Translations under genes and position numbers: made by a program
DNA from: Tubulanus polymorphus
Taxonomy: Eukaryota; Animalia; Nemertea
NCBI RefSeq assembly: GCF_964204645.1
Contig: NW_027437448.1
Span: 1-64,000 of the forward strand
Direction of reading: 5' to 3'
Length of the DNA stretch: 64,000 bases
In this document: positions 1 to 12,289 of the stretch, one piece after another
Position numbering within the stretch: position 1 is the stretch's first letter
Layout of the letters: every line of letters begins with the position of its first letter
The notes under the pieces: model-generated
Database searches by the model: none
What the model was told of the DNA's origin: nothing
Seen by the model: only the letters and a program-made list of their open reading frames with translations

Positions 1-1315
1 ACAGTTTACTGCGCGTTTAACGTCAATGTTGGCATGGCAATATGTATGACCAGTACTGCGAACTGGTGTGTATATATGGAGTCTATAAACAAAAGATGAA
101 GCCATGCGAGCGTGCGCCAGTGCGTGCGTGTGCTGGTCATCAACAAAGACACATTTTGTTATTCATAATGAATTAAATCAGTAAACAATCAATGAAGTAA
201 TCATATATTTATTCTATAGTTTGAATGCACTGTTCCAGGTCACATGAACTCTCGACGATGAGACCGATATAGGATTAGCGTGAATGCCGTCTTCTCTATA
301 ACTAATACGTATCAGTCAAAACTTGCTCAGTTGATACATGCATAACTCGAGTCGTTCTGCGTCAACAAGTGTAGTCATCATTTGGATTTGCCTATTTTGA
401 TACCACGAGGCTTCCACGGGTAGGTGGTCGGGTTAGAGAGACTCCAAGGGCTCGCCTGTTTGCTCCTAGTTATCGGATAATCTCGCTGTCTATTACCGTA
501 AAAGTACACGTGACCTCACGATACAAATAACAACTGATTATTACATATAAACAAGTTGTCGGGATTAGAGCGGTTTAAACTAAAGCTCCCCAGCGGTTCC
601 TATTGCATAATAGGCCTAGATCCAATTATACTAACAGGTTTAACTGAACTGAGGGTGGAGGAGGGTCTAGTCCAGTTACGTGTGTCAGTGGTATATCGGT
701 GTGGGTTCGCCATTCGGGTTCTTCTACCTACAGAGAAACGAACCATCTTCCTCGATGAACCACCCATTACACGAATATTCTATCGATTTTCTTACAAAAG
801 GTTCATATGTTTTCACGGAAATTATTGTCAGAGGCCGCAAATACTAGACGTCTTATAGAAAACCTCACTGAAACCATCCGGGATGAAGGAAAAAATGTGT
901 TTAAAACACCCACAAATTCAAAACATATTCAAATTACTCGTAATTAAGTTAATTACTCGTAAATTAATTAATTAGGCAACATTAATTATTTCTCTAAAGT
1001 CGTTCAACTTATTTAGAAACGACTGTATTCGTTTCTTCAAATGCGTGGAAGGACAGCAGTGTCTGATGTAACCGCTAGATGGCGAATAGGTCGTTCGTGC
1101 TCACCTGGCGCCTGACCTAGATATTTAGATGATGGATTAGACTTGTATTTACTCACTGCGCGCGTTCATATTTACATTTTAATCGACACAGGACGACGAT
1201 ACCGCTGATATTAGGAACTATGCCGCCGTGTATAAGATAACGCGAGGTGTTTTGTTATCTAAACTCAGTGTGCGCAGTTAGAATCAGAGCGATACGAGCG
1301 AGATACGATTTTAAC

Positions 1316-3384
1316 ATGGATTCACTGATTCCTATCGTACTAGTCTTACTGAGTCTAACTTGTACTCATGCTAATAATTACCAGAATGTAGGTGAGTATA
1401 ATGTGGGGGGAGAGGGACGGAGAGGGGCGGTTATAAAGGGCAAGTCGGAGACCCAGTTACAGGTATCGATTGAATGGTTGCCAGCACAGCAGAGTTCAGC
1501 GCAGTATCCGGCAGTACACTGCGTCTACTCGTGATGACGTCACAGCTGTGCGCGGCACTAAGTGGCGGGTTTGAATTCAAACGCTGAAAAAGATTTGCAT
1601 ATTCCTTATTTATTCATAATAAAAAGATATATTTCAACGGTTAAACAAGTGCAAGTTTAATGTATCGAATTTTGAGATAAGTTTTATGACCACAGTTTTA
1701 CAATAAGCTTCTTATACTGAGTTTTAAAAACCCGGAAGCAAAGTGCAATATAAACCGGCTTCCTCCTCAGTGTCTGTATAATAAATGTACTGATGTTACT
1801 GTATATTGTAGTGTATATGGATCAGTCATGTGGACAGACGATTAGAACTGATCAATATCCGGTTAGAGCGGGAATATTGAAATTGACATCGAAAGCTGCC
1901 TATGATAGAAACATGGATTGTAACGTGACGTTACAAGCTCCGGCGAATTCACACGTGTCTATTTACATCACAGATATTTCCGTAACTCCTGGTCCGGCAT
2001 TCACATCCCCGCCCTGTCTAACTGATAAATTAGATGTCCTCGAAAACAACGTCAAGAAACCGCTTTTACGTGAGTTTAAATTGTAGCAATCTCTGCAGCC
2101 TGTAAAACCACCTGTTACCTCTCAAACAGTCGTTCACACAGCACTGAGACATTTTTATAAAAAATGAACTACAAACACCAGACATAACACATTTTAATCA
2201 GCACACTTTCAAAAACGGATCATCCAACGTGTCCAAGACTTTGCCTGACACATTTTTTATTGAAAATGAACTACTAACACCAGATATTAGATATTTTATC
2301 AGCACACTTACAAAATCTGATCGTCCACACTTCACCACGCCAGAACGTTAAATGTCTGAAGGGTTTCAGGTTCCAGGAAGGGCTGCAGGTTTCAGGCTGC
2401 AGATTGTCTGAAGGTGTGCAGGTTACAGGCTGCAGATTGTCTAAAGGGGTACAGGTTACAGGCTGCAGATTGTCTGAAGGTGTGCAGGTTCCAGGCTGCA
2501 GATTGTCTGAAGGGGTACAGGTTACAGGCTGCAGATTGTCTGAAGGGGTACAGGTTACAGTCTGCAGATTGTCTGAAGGGTTGCAGGTTCCAGGCTGTAA
2601 ATTGATACCTGGTGGAATCCGAACCCTGGACACATCAGTTCTAGTTTTAATTCTATTTTTTAGCGAATGGTATTTGTGGCTCGACTGCGACAGCGTTAGA
2701 TACTAATCACAGATTCGTCAGATCAGATTTGAATAATTTACAGTTAAAGTTTACGAGTTCAGCAGCTGGAACTAGTGGAACAGGGTTTACTATTGTATTC
2801 ACACAGTTCGCAATACGAACAGGTCAGTAACCCCTTCCCCCCTAAATCTCCAACCTGTCCCCCCTCATCCAGTCTCTCCCTCCAGGTCTGTGATCTGAGG
2901 TATACTGCAAAACTAAATGTAAATCCAGGATGAATTTAACTGATCATTATTATTGCAGTGCATGTGGTCAGGCCCTGTACCTGGCTCTTGGGATCTCTCA
3001 GTTCCTAATGAATCTCACACAGCCCACCCCCCACGCCCCCCCCCCCACGCCCCCCAGATGAGTTCAACTGTTTGTTTATTCTATACAGGTGACTGTTTAA
3101 CCAGTGAATTCCAGTGCGGAATTGGTGCTGATTTAGCTTGCATTAATAAACTGCTGAAATGTGACGGAGAAATTAATTGTAAAGACGGAACTGATGAATT
3201 CATTAATGGCAAAAAATGTGCAGGTAATAAAACTACGAACCGTCTAATTAATTATCAGACTAATTAATTAATTAATTAATAAACTAATTAAGTTTTTATG
3301 TAATTTTCCATCCTAGGAGTTTGTCACCTCGGAAGTATCCTCCTTATTATTGTCGCCTGTATCCTAGCAACGATCGTTAACTGA
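1316..3384 (+). CDS. Secreted/surface CUB + LDL-receptor class A domain protein (5 exons; short hydrophobic, possibly GPI-signal, C-terminus)
   Basis: Exons 1316-1391, 1812-2069, 2664-2822, 3089-3223, 3317-3384 join in phase with GT-AG ends. Signal peptide MDSLIPIVLVLLSLTCTHA; CUB-like C..Y.RNMDCNVTLQAP..C.TDKL..ICG..GFTIVF; LDLa CLTSEFQC..CINKLLKCDGEINCKDGTDE; AATAAA at ~3612. Confidence 0.8.
2354..2598. repeat. 33-bp intronic minisatellite (~7 copies)
   Basis: Unit gtctgaaggggtacaggttacaggctgcagatt repeated within intron 2 of the CUB/LDLa gene. Confidence 0.9.
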
Positions 3385-3503
3385 TGGACGTCTGATGAAA
3401 TTGTATCGAGTTTTAATCAGAAAAGAAGGGGTTAATTTCAAATACAGACATAAATATATAGAAATGATTGGACAATATTTACATAAACTCATTGTTGATT
3501 GAT

Positions 3504-3561
<58 letters not shown>

Positions 3562-4026
3562 ATCCGTATATATTTGATCTAGATAAAATCAACTTTTTTG
3601 ATTCCCTATTTAATAAACTATGCAAATAATGTCTGGCAGTATTTATTGATTATACTGTGTATTGATTAGTGAATAAATTATGCTTTGCTTCCTTAGAGAA
3701 CCTTGAGTCCTGTTCATGATATTTCGTTGGTACCACAATTCGTCAGTGGTGTAGTCGCTCTCGGGGGCGGATCCAGCATTTTGTAGGGGGGGGCATGCCA
3801 CGTACGCCCCCATTCGGATATCCGCCACTGGCTCCCCAAAACCTGGGCTGGTTCCGCAGTCTCAGCTAAGATCTACCAGTCTAAGACCCTATTCTAAGCC
3901 AAACTTACAGCTTAACGCTATAGTTAAGATTTAAGACCACTTTTATTGGAAGTCGTTCTACAAAGCGTAACGCAACGATCTAATCTTAACCGAGGTTGTA
4001 GATCAGGGTTTAAGAAAGCAGTTCTG

Positions 4027-4320
4027 TAGAATCTACATCCATCTGGCTGCAGTCGAGCCTATCTAGGACAGATATCTAGTTCGGCGTTCTAGAAATCTAC
4101 ATCCATCTGGCTGCAGTCGAGCCTCAGATATCTAGTTCGGCGTTCTAGAAATCTACATCCATCTGGCTGCAGTCGAGCCTATCTAGGACAGATATCTAGT
4201 TCGGCGTTCTAGAAATCTACATCCATCTGGCTGCAGTCGAGCCTCAGATATCTAGTTCGGCGTTCTAGAAATCTACATCCATCTGGCTGCAGTCGAGCCT
4301 ATCTAGGACAGATATCTAGG
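4027..4320. repeat. Minisatellite with alternating ~64/56-bp units (120-bp higher-order period)
   Basis: tagaaatctacatccatctggctgcagtcgagcct... recurs; lines 4081-4200 and 4201-4320 are near identical. Confidence 0.9.
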
Positions 4321-4447
4321 CACACATCGGTGTTCGGCTAATGTAGAGTAAAACCATGGTAAAATGCTGGAAAAGTCACAAGAATCATTCATTGTGAAAT
4401 CTTCATCCAGCCAGGCTTATTGTATCGATTGTTTGTTGTAATTACAG

Positions 4448-5166
4448 AAATGTTGCCATGCGAGACAGCCGCGGCAGGCGAGGACAATGGAGGAGGGCAG
4501 TGTAAAGCGCCCCCTACCACCACGTGTTATGAAGCTATGATTGGTTTCGGTGTTGCTGTCGGTTTAGATATTTTACTGTTGATATTAGTGTTTGTATTTT
4601 GTGCTAAATGGAGACAAGCAGTTTATTCTTATCAATTAGAACACGACCAAAGATTAAATGTAAGTATAGACATGACGTGACTTCCTACACAGTCCTGATC
4701 CGAGGTTTGAGCAAATAACAGCCGGTTTTCTGCTGGGGAAGTACCGTGTTTGTATCAGGACGATTCCTTTCCTTTCAAGTAGTTGTCGGGGGACTGTCTG
4801 ATACCGGCGCACCGAGTTGTAGAGCACCCGGGGTGCACGATACGATATATAGATAAAAAGATGGTCACTTGTATTATTTGTAGGAAGAAGGAAAGCGATG
4901 GCAGTGGTCAGGTGATGCACCTACATTAGAATCATTAGTTTACTGAAACCTGTTCAACCGCGCTGCGCCGAGTACAATTTATACCGTACAGTGCTGCCAC
5001 CCCACTGTAGTTTGTTTCCCACCCTGGCACGCGAATACCTAAAAACGAGAGCTATCCGTACGGTGCTGCCATCATTTCACAAACTGACTACACTTACCAG
5101 AGCAGGAATCAAACTCCTCGATTCTTCAGTACTAATAAACACGACTTGTATAATAAATTATTTTAA
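4448..5166 (+). CDS. Probable alternative 3' exons of the CUB/LDLa gene encoding a transmembrane helix and cytoplasmic tail
   Basis: Acceptor attacag at 4447 is phase 1, matching the donor at 3223; exon 4448-4659 encodes AMIGFGVAVGLDILLLILVFVFCAKWR (TM plus basic stop-transfer), donor gtaagt; candidate last exon 5101-5166 ends in TAA overlapping AATAAA. Confidence 0.55.
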
Positions 5167-5325
5167 TAAAATATTTTACAAATAATACGATATTAATCTG
5201 ATTGTTTTCTGGTAGTCGCCCGCAGGGTATCTACAGGTATCTACAGGTCACTCATGCACTAACATGCTACTAAACTCACAACTATAAACTCCAGTCTCTA
5301 GTCTTTTAGTCTCTAGTCTATTCCG

Positions 5326-8300
5326 TTAAAAGATCTCACGTAATTTCTGTATCCATAGCGATATCGGTAACCAATGGTAACGTTGTTGTAATTGCGGATG
5401 GAATAAATCGAAATCGGCTTTTTGTAATCTGGTTAAATACGCCTCTAATCCCGCCTGAAAACAGACAACACAATCAAACAATCCACAAGTGAAATATCAG
5501 GTAGAAAGAAATAGAAATAAACTTACTGTTGATAAAAATGCTTTATACGCATTTGGAGGAAGATCAGCTTTCAGAGACCTGGCCTACAATAACAATAGTT
5601 ACACACAGAGTCAATCAGAGTCAGAGTCAGTGTGAATCACCGGTGTGATGTATGTGAATCACCGGTGTGATGTATGTGAATCACCGGTGTGATGTATGTG
5701 AATCACCGGTGTGATGTATGTGAATCACTGGTGTGATGTATGTGAATCACCTAACAAACCTTAGTTAAATGTTGATGCGCGATGCTCGCGATATCATAAA
5801 CTAAATCTTTCACTTTCTGCTCTTTTATTCCCCGAATTAAATCTTGTTGAGATACATTGTACTGAAAAAATAAATTAACTCATGATATATCAAAAAATAT
5901 CGAGATACACGTGTAAAATATCGATATATTTACAAACCTGTATCATTAGATCGAGTGGTAGATAAACATGTTGACGACTCGAGTGAAATAAAGTAGATCT
6001 CAATAATGTAACAATACCATGTGTTTTACCAATATGACTAGCAACATGATCAGCATTTATATCCTTTATACCTGAAGTTTTAATAAACAAACAATTTATT
6101 AAACGCACAGTTTTAACCCTTTCACTGCTGAATAATTAATACCTGCAGGAGATAATTTGAAATTTAAAAAGAATTCCCACCCACTGTGTTGAATAACAGG
6201 CATATATCGCTATAGTGCATCTACACCGCGGTGCAGTGTATTACAGGCATATATCGCTATAGTGCATCTACACCGCGGTGCAGTGTATTACAGGCATATA
6301 TCGCTATAGTGCATCTACACCGCGGTGCAATGTATTACAGGCATATATCGCTATAGTGCATCTACACCGCGGTGCAGTGTATTACAGGCATATATCGCTA
6401 TAGTGCATCTACACCGCGGTGCAGTGTATTACAGGCATATATCGCTATAGTGCATCTACACCGCGGTGCAGTGTATTGTTAGTTACCACTATGTTTGACA
6501 GGTGCTGCCATCTTTCAATAGATATAAAAACTAATAACATCAATACACCGCACTGTGGTGTAGATGCACTGAAAAGGTTCATCTGTGTTGAGATTCAGAT
6601 ACAAACCTAAACTTTCTAGAATCAAATAATAAATCGGAGTCACTGAATTATCACTGTATTCTTCAACTTCATCCATATTCTTAAACTGTTGATTATTCAT
6701 CCGCGATTCCTTTAAAAATGAGTAAATGATTGATTACTCACACGTATAGATGAACAGTAGGAATGAGTAATTGAATATATACTCACTCTAGCTATGAGTA
6801 ATCTCATTAACCATTGTTTAGATATGTTGTGTCTTTTGACAGCCTGAAATATATGAATATTGATCTGTGGCTGGCTTCAAATCGAAAATCTTACAAAGAT
6901 TCGTGAGAAACAAAATATCGAAAGAAGAAAAAAAGTTTTAATTCTTTATGTACAAAAAAATTTGTTGCTAGTTTATTTTCAGTTTTTTTCGACTATGATA
7001 TTCACGTATTAGACATCAGATTTAAGACATCAGATATAAGGAATAAGAAATAAGTGTTTAGTCATCTTCACTTTCATCGTGTTGATTTTGAATCTGTTTT
7101 ACTGGAACAATTGAATCGATTAAAATAATTTCTCGTAATAATTCCACTAAATTCTGCAATAAAAGTAATTTGCCGTAAACCGATTCTGTGAAATCATTTT
7201 CTGAGACGTCGTTCAAATTTCCAGTTCGACAGTTGATCATTTTAACACAATCCACGTCTAAATATTCATTTATTTGTTGTGAAAGTTTTATAAACGATGA
7301 ATTATTGTAAGAATTCTCACAAATAATTTGCGGAACGATTAAAACAGCATCGCTTAACATTCTACACAATAAACTAACATCGGACGGTAACCGTGACAAC
7401 TTGCGTAAACTACGACTGATTAGATATTCAAATACGCCACCAGGGGGCAGTGCAGTCGTCGTTGCCCTGTAATTTGTAGTACTACATGCGCCACTAGGGG
7501 GCGGATCAGTGTTACTAATCAGATATTCGGGAAGTTTAAAAGTTTTCAAATATTTTAAACAGTTTCTGAGTGAATTACAGATAGTTTTATATTGACAATG
7601 ATCAGGAGCGCAGATACTCAGTGAATGAACTGAATAATTACATTTATTCTCCTCAATATTAAACGAATTGTTGAATATAAAATATAATCCATGATTCATT
7701 GGTTTAACGGAGTCAATGACACCGATATTTAAATCATCTGAGATGAGCTCGGTAAAACTGGTGACTGGTAAAACACGGATCAATCTCTGTAATAATCTCA
7801 AATCATCGACATCTATCGATTCTAAAACTGATATTTCATATCGTCGATATTGAGATCTCTGAGATTGCGTTAAACTGCTCGTAATCAATATCAGATCAAC
7901 TCCTAAATCTTTAATACGTTTAAACCATCGATCAGCAGCTGATTGTCTCCATAGCAACGACTCTACGATATCGCTTTCATTGTTGATTTCAATTGTTGCC
8001 GTTTCATTTTTATCGCATTCATCAACAATGATGAATTTAATATCGGTTGCTAATAACGATGGAAATTGAGTCAGTTTATTCCCAGGAATAAATAAACCTG
8101 GATTAACTCGTGATATCGATATATCACTATCAATTGATACAGCGGTGAGATTATCAAAATACTCAATTATAAACTCAATAACTGGATAATTGAGATGATC
8201 AGCAGCAGCAGCAGCAGCAGCAGCAGGTGTGCTGCTGCTGCTGCTGCTGGAATCAATGATAAACTGTGATAATAAATCTGATAATAATTCACTGATGCAT

Positions 8301-9809
8301 GAATTGTATTTTCCTGTTAAACTAGTTTTAAATATTTCTGTTAATTTATCTTTATGTAAATTAATCCTGGAACAATGCGATAAAATCTCATCGAGTAAAC
8401 GTCTCTGTATATCAACAGATCGATACATCGTGCATTGACGCGCTAGCGCCACCATACTGCAACCACTCGTACTAATTATATTCACTAACTCTCCGAGAAT
8501 CAAAATAAACGTTTTAATTCCGTCACCGACGCCTTTATGATGACGCAGCGCCCCCTGGATTATCAGTTTATCAACGGGATGATTATAATTTAAACTAGAG
8601 AGTATGAGATATCCATCAGCGGTGATTAAACTCCGTCCCGATGATGTTGTAATCAGAGTGTACGTCGAACATGGTCCAAATGAACGTTTCAATAAATGTT
8701 TTAATGTTGAACAGACTCTAATTAATTCCTTTAATCCTACTAGTTGCTCATTCTCTTCACAGGTGGCGCTCATCTTAAACCTATATCAAATAAACCAATT
8801 TACCTATAAAAGCCTTAATACCTCTACTACCAAAACCACAATTGGAAGAGAGGGAGGGAATGGGAGAGATGGAGGGAATGGGAGAGAGGGAGGGAATGGG
8901 AGAGAGGGAGGGAATGGGAGGGGGACGATGGGAAATAGAAGGAAATGGGCTAGGGGGAATGAGAGAGGGAGAAAGAGAAGTGACTGAGAGCAGGGGATGA
9001 GAGCAGGGGAGAGGGGGATGAGGGGAAAGAGAAGGGACTGGGAGAGGGGGATGAGGGGAAAGAGAAGGGACTGGGAGAGGGGGATGAGGGGAGAGAAAGA
9101 GGAGGGACTTGTAAGTTATAACTACATGTATAAGTAATGAAATAGTGAACTTACTTTAGTTAATTCCAAAGCGATCGGAGTGTGTGGTGGTTTACCCTAA
9201 AACAAGTCAATAATGAGTGATATAATAATGAGAGAACTGAGTCCGACCCCCACAAATAGTTTATAGATTATACAAACCTTGTATATATTATTGATTGAAT
9301 CTTTCCAGAATTGAATCCTCATTAAACCAATGTTTGAATCACTAACAGTATCATGAATCTAGTATCCAATAAAACAAAAAATATTAATAGATTATTTAAC
9401 ACAGAGGGCGGAATAGGAAGCAGGCACTGGCAGGTGGGGGACACCAAACTGACCTGAGATATTTCCACATTTGCAGCTCTTATTGCGAACACCGTTGATC
9501 TTGTAAGTCGAGGTAGAAGAAGAGTGGCTAAAAAATTCTCATAATCTGATTTACTACAAAAAAAAACAAGTCAAAAGAAGACACATTATTATTTGATTAG
9601 AACCGTCGAAGAACCCTAGTCCCTAGCCCTGGGCCTCTCGTATGGATTCTACTGTTTGTTTAAGGAGATAAAACTAACCGCACTAGATCCATACAGTATT
9701 CACTATGAGTTTTATATACGCTTTCTGAATAATGTTTCACATGGCGCCCGATATTTTGCAAAACATTCGAAATTTTATTTTTCGGCAAAAAAATCATGGG
9801 CGCCGCCAT
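5326..9809 (-). CDS. NDUFAF6: NADH dehydrogenase (ubiquinone) complex I assembly factor 6, multi-exon
   Basis: Spliced minus-strand translation: MAAPMIFLPK..EYCMDLVR/KSDYENFLATLLLP..VFAIRAANVEISQ/..GKPPHTPIALELTK/AVKRHNISKQWLMRL/..GIKDINADHVASHIGKTHGIVTLLR/..DIASIAHQHL/..LQKADFDLFHPQLQQR, colinear with remembered human NDUFAF6. Confidence 0.93.
5631..5751. repeat. 22-bp minisatellite in NDUFAF6 intron
   Basis: gtgaatcaccggtgtgatgtat x5. Confidence 0.9.
6117..6577. mobile_element. Degenerate piggyBac-like MITE containing a 47-bp tandem array (6197-6478, 6 copies)
   Basis: Left end TTAA|CCCTTTCACTGC, right end GCACTGAAAAGG|TTCA (imperfect TIR/TSD); internal unit is an inverted copy of the right subterminal sequence. 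Confidence 0.55.
7058..8773 (-). CDS. BBS10: Bardet-Biedl syndrome 10 chaperonin-like protein, intronless, nested in NDUFAF6 intron 4
   Basis: 571-aa ORF with chaperonin motifs SFGP..LITADG..LSSL..NHP and GDGIKTFILILGEL (BBS10-type GDGxKTF), LPPGGVFE, and C-terminal ESVYGKLLLLQNLVELLREIILIDSIVPVK; own AATAAA on minus strand at 6977-6972. Confidence 0.85.
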   Translation of the reverse strand: MSATCEENEQLVGLKELIRVCSTLKHLLKRSFGPCSTYTLITTSSGRSLITADGYLILSSLNYNHPVDKLIIQGALRHHKGVGDGIKTFILILGELVNIISTSGCSMVALARQCTMYRSVDIQRRLLDEILSHCSRINLHKDKLTEIFKTSLTGKYNSCISELLSDLLSQFIIDSSSSSSSTPAAAAAAAADHLNYPVIEFIIEYFDNLTAVSIDSDISISRVNPGLFIPGNKLTQFPSLLATDIKFIIVDECDKNETATIEINNESDIVESLLWRQSAADRWFKRIKDLGVDLILITSSLTQSQRSQYRRYEISVLESIDVDDLRLLQRLIRVLPVTSFTELISDDLNIGVIDSVKPMNHGLYFIFNNSFNIEENKCNYSVHSLSICAPDHCQYKTICNSLRNCLKYLKTFKLPEYLISNTDPPPSGACSTTNYRATTTALPPGGVFEYLISRSLRKLSRLPSDVSLLCRMLSDAVLIVPQIICENSYNNSSFIKLSQQINEYLDVDCVKMINCRTGNLNDVSENDFTESVYGKLLLLQNLVELLREIILIDSIVPVKQIQNQHDESEDD

Positions 9810-10225
9810 ATTTGTATTAATCCGCATCCGTTTTGGAACGATTTGTTATCTCAATAATTGATGAAAACCATCTATAAATAAACTGAATTCTAAGAAATTA
9901 TTTGATGTAAATTGAGATGAGATTTTCAAATTGCTTAAGTTGGCTTCAAGCAGCTGATTAATTTCATGGCGAATGAAGACGCCTTTTACTCGTACGGAAT
10001 ATCGGACACCGTCGCGGACTCATACGGACACTGGTTCGGATACTGCGGAACATTAATCGGAACTAGGGTTAGGGTTAGACTGGTTGACGTTCTAATGTAG
10101 ATGGCGCAAAATTCAACCGAGAACCAGTCTAGGGTTAGGGTTAGGAGGGCGCCACATGACGGTATAAAGTTGACGCGTGTATCTGGATCAGTACTGAACC
10201 CGCTGCTGCTGCAGATGTTGTTAAA
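9810..10225. promoter_or_regulatory. Probable bidirectional promoter (NDUFAF6/BBS10 versus TMEM208)
   Basis: Only ~415 bp between divergent start codons; YY1-like ATGGCG motifs and two (TTAGGG)2-like tracts (~10064, ~10130). Confidence 0.6.
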
Positions 10226-11305
10226 ATGCCTGTAAGTTTTCAACCCAGCGCTTGTTAAATAGCAAGAGTTTTATATCGTATTTGAAACTGAATTTTATCA
10301 CAACAAGATAAACCGTAAAAACTCTTCGAGACCGAAATTCAACCAAAATACAACAGAAATCAGAATTCACAAATCAATCAATTAAAAACATTTTATTTAT
10401 TGTTTTTTTTAAGCCTAAAGGAAAACAAGCGACAAAAGGTCAAAAACAGATCGTGGAGGAAAATAAATCAACATTGAATTATTATTTATATATAATCACA
10501 GCAGTTAATGTAAGTATTACCGGAATACCCGCCTGCCGCAGCCACCTGTCGGGGTGACGCTCGCTAATCAAAGTAATCTGGACTGATTTGTATTTGTATT
10601 TTAGGCTGTCTATATTTTACTACAAGTTTTACTATTCTGGGATTCATTCACTTTATTTTATTGGGTAAGATTTCGAAGAAGTTATAAGCTGATTCGTAGT
10701 TATAACTATACTATAGATGGCGTTGTTGTTGTATTTATTACAGTTTTTATACGGGCTAGCTCTAACAGTATCTATAGGATGCTATCAGTTCATGGCGTAT
10801 ATGGCAAAAGCTAAATATGGAGCGTCTGGAAACCTCATTGATGGAGGCATTGATTTAAATATGGAATCAGGAATGGCTGAGTATGTAATTACAATGAGTT
10901 CTCTCCGGGTTTAAATCTGGCCCTGGGTTATAGTTTAAACCAGGTGTAAGACTTTAAACTCGGTCTGTGGTTCGCTGGTAAAGATATAATTTTGATATTT
11001 TTCAGACACACAAAGGATATGATTATATTAACTGCTGTATCTCAGAGTTTGTCTCTTATATCTGGATATTTCTGGTTGTTACTGCTTCTCGTAAGTGCCT
11101 CCCCCTCTCCCCCTTCCCTCGTCCCAATAGCTCCCTCTAGTGGTTTATCGTGTAATCGTTGTATTTTCAGGGTCCAATTCGAGGGTTCTATTTATTATGG
11201 GTGAATATTTTATCTCCGTGGTTCTTCGCGGAACCGCCTCCAGAAATGGACGAGAAAAAAAAGAAAAAATTAGAGAGAAAACAACAGAAAATTCGCTATA
11301 GATGA
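10226..11305 (+). CDS. TMEM208: Transmembrane protein 208 (SND2 family)
   Basis: Spliced MP/PKGKQATKGQKQIVEENKSTLNYY..GNLIDGGIDLNMESGMAE/HTKDMIILT..FWLLLLL/GPIRGFYLLWVNILSPWFF..DEKKKKKLERK; canonical splice sites. Confidence 0.93.
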
Positions 11306-11582
11306 TTTAGAGATTGATCCATCAGCACCAGTAACAGCAGCAGCTTTAATCATCACCACCAGCAACAGCAGCAACTTTAATCATCACCACTAGCAACAGC
11401 AGCAGCTTTAATCATCATCATCATCACAGCTGCTGCTTTTAACAATTAGTTTTGAAATAAATTCCATTTTATTTATTAAATTTGTAGTTATTTAGTTGTC
11501 AATGAGTAGTTGCTGTGTGATTCTCTACTCTATCCACTCGAGGATTCCCCTTGGAATCTTGATATGGTTGGGGATTCCCCTT

Positions 11583-12173
11583 GATTCGAGATGATTCCCC
11601 CTCTAGTTGGGGATTCGAGATGATTCCCCCTCTAGTCGGGGATTCGAGATGATTCCCCCTCTAGTTGGGGATTCGAGATGATTCCCCTCTAGTTGGGGAT
11701 TCGAGATGATTCCCCTCTAGTTGGGGATTCGAGATGATTCCCCCTCTAGTTGGGGATTCGAGATGATTCCCCTCTAGTCGGGGATTCGAGATGATTCCCC
11801 CTCTAGTTGGGGATTCGAGATGATTCCCCTCTAGTTGGGGATTCGAGATGATTCCCCTCTAGTTGGGGATTCGAGATGATTCCCCCTCTAGTTGGGGATT
11901 CGAGAGGATTCCCCTCTAGTTGGGGATTCGAGATGATTCCCCCTCTAGTTGGGGATTCGAGATGATTCCCCCTCTAGTTGGGGATTCGAGATGATTCCCC
12001 TCTAGTTGGGGATTCGAGATGATTCCCCCTCTAGTTGGGGATTCGAGATGATTCCCCCTCTAGTTGGGGATTCGAGAGGATTCCCCCTCTAGTTGGGGAT
12101 TCGAGAGGATTCCCCCTCTAGTTGGGGATTCGAGAGGATTCCCCCTCTAGTTGGGGATTCGAGAGGATTCCCC
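11583..12173. repeat. 28-29-bp minisatellite (~20 copies)
   Basis: Unit gattcccc(c)tctagttggggattcgagat between the convergent 3' ends of TMEM208 and UBE2V. Confidence 0.93.
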
Positions 12174-12289
12174 GCTGCGAGTCACAGTAATTGAAAAACT
12201 CATAACAACTGAATTCAATTATTAACGTGGATTTTATATGTTTTTATTTTTCCAGTGAAAACATGATTATAATAACACAAGAGGAACAG

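Noticed and set aside
1-1240. ORF 556-858 and upstream sequence
   Set aside because: Non-ATG start, no recognisable motif or splice pattern; nothing supportable.
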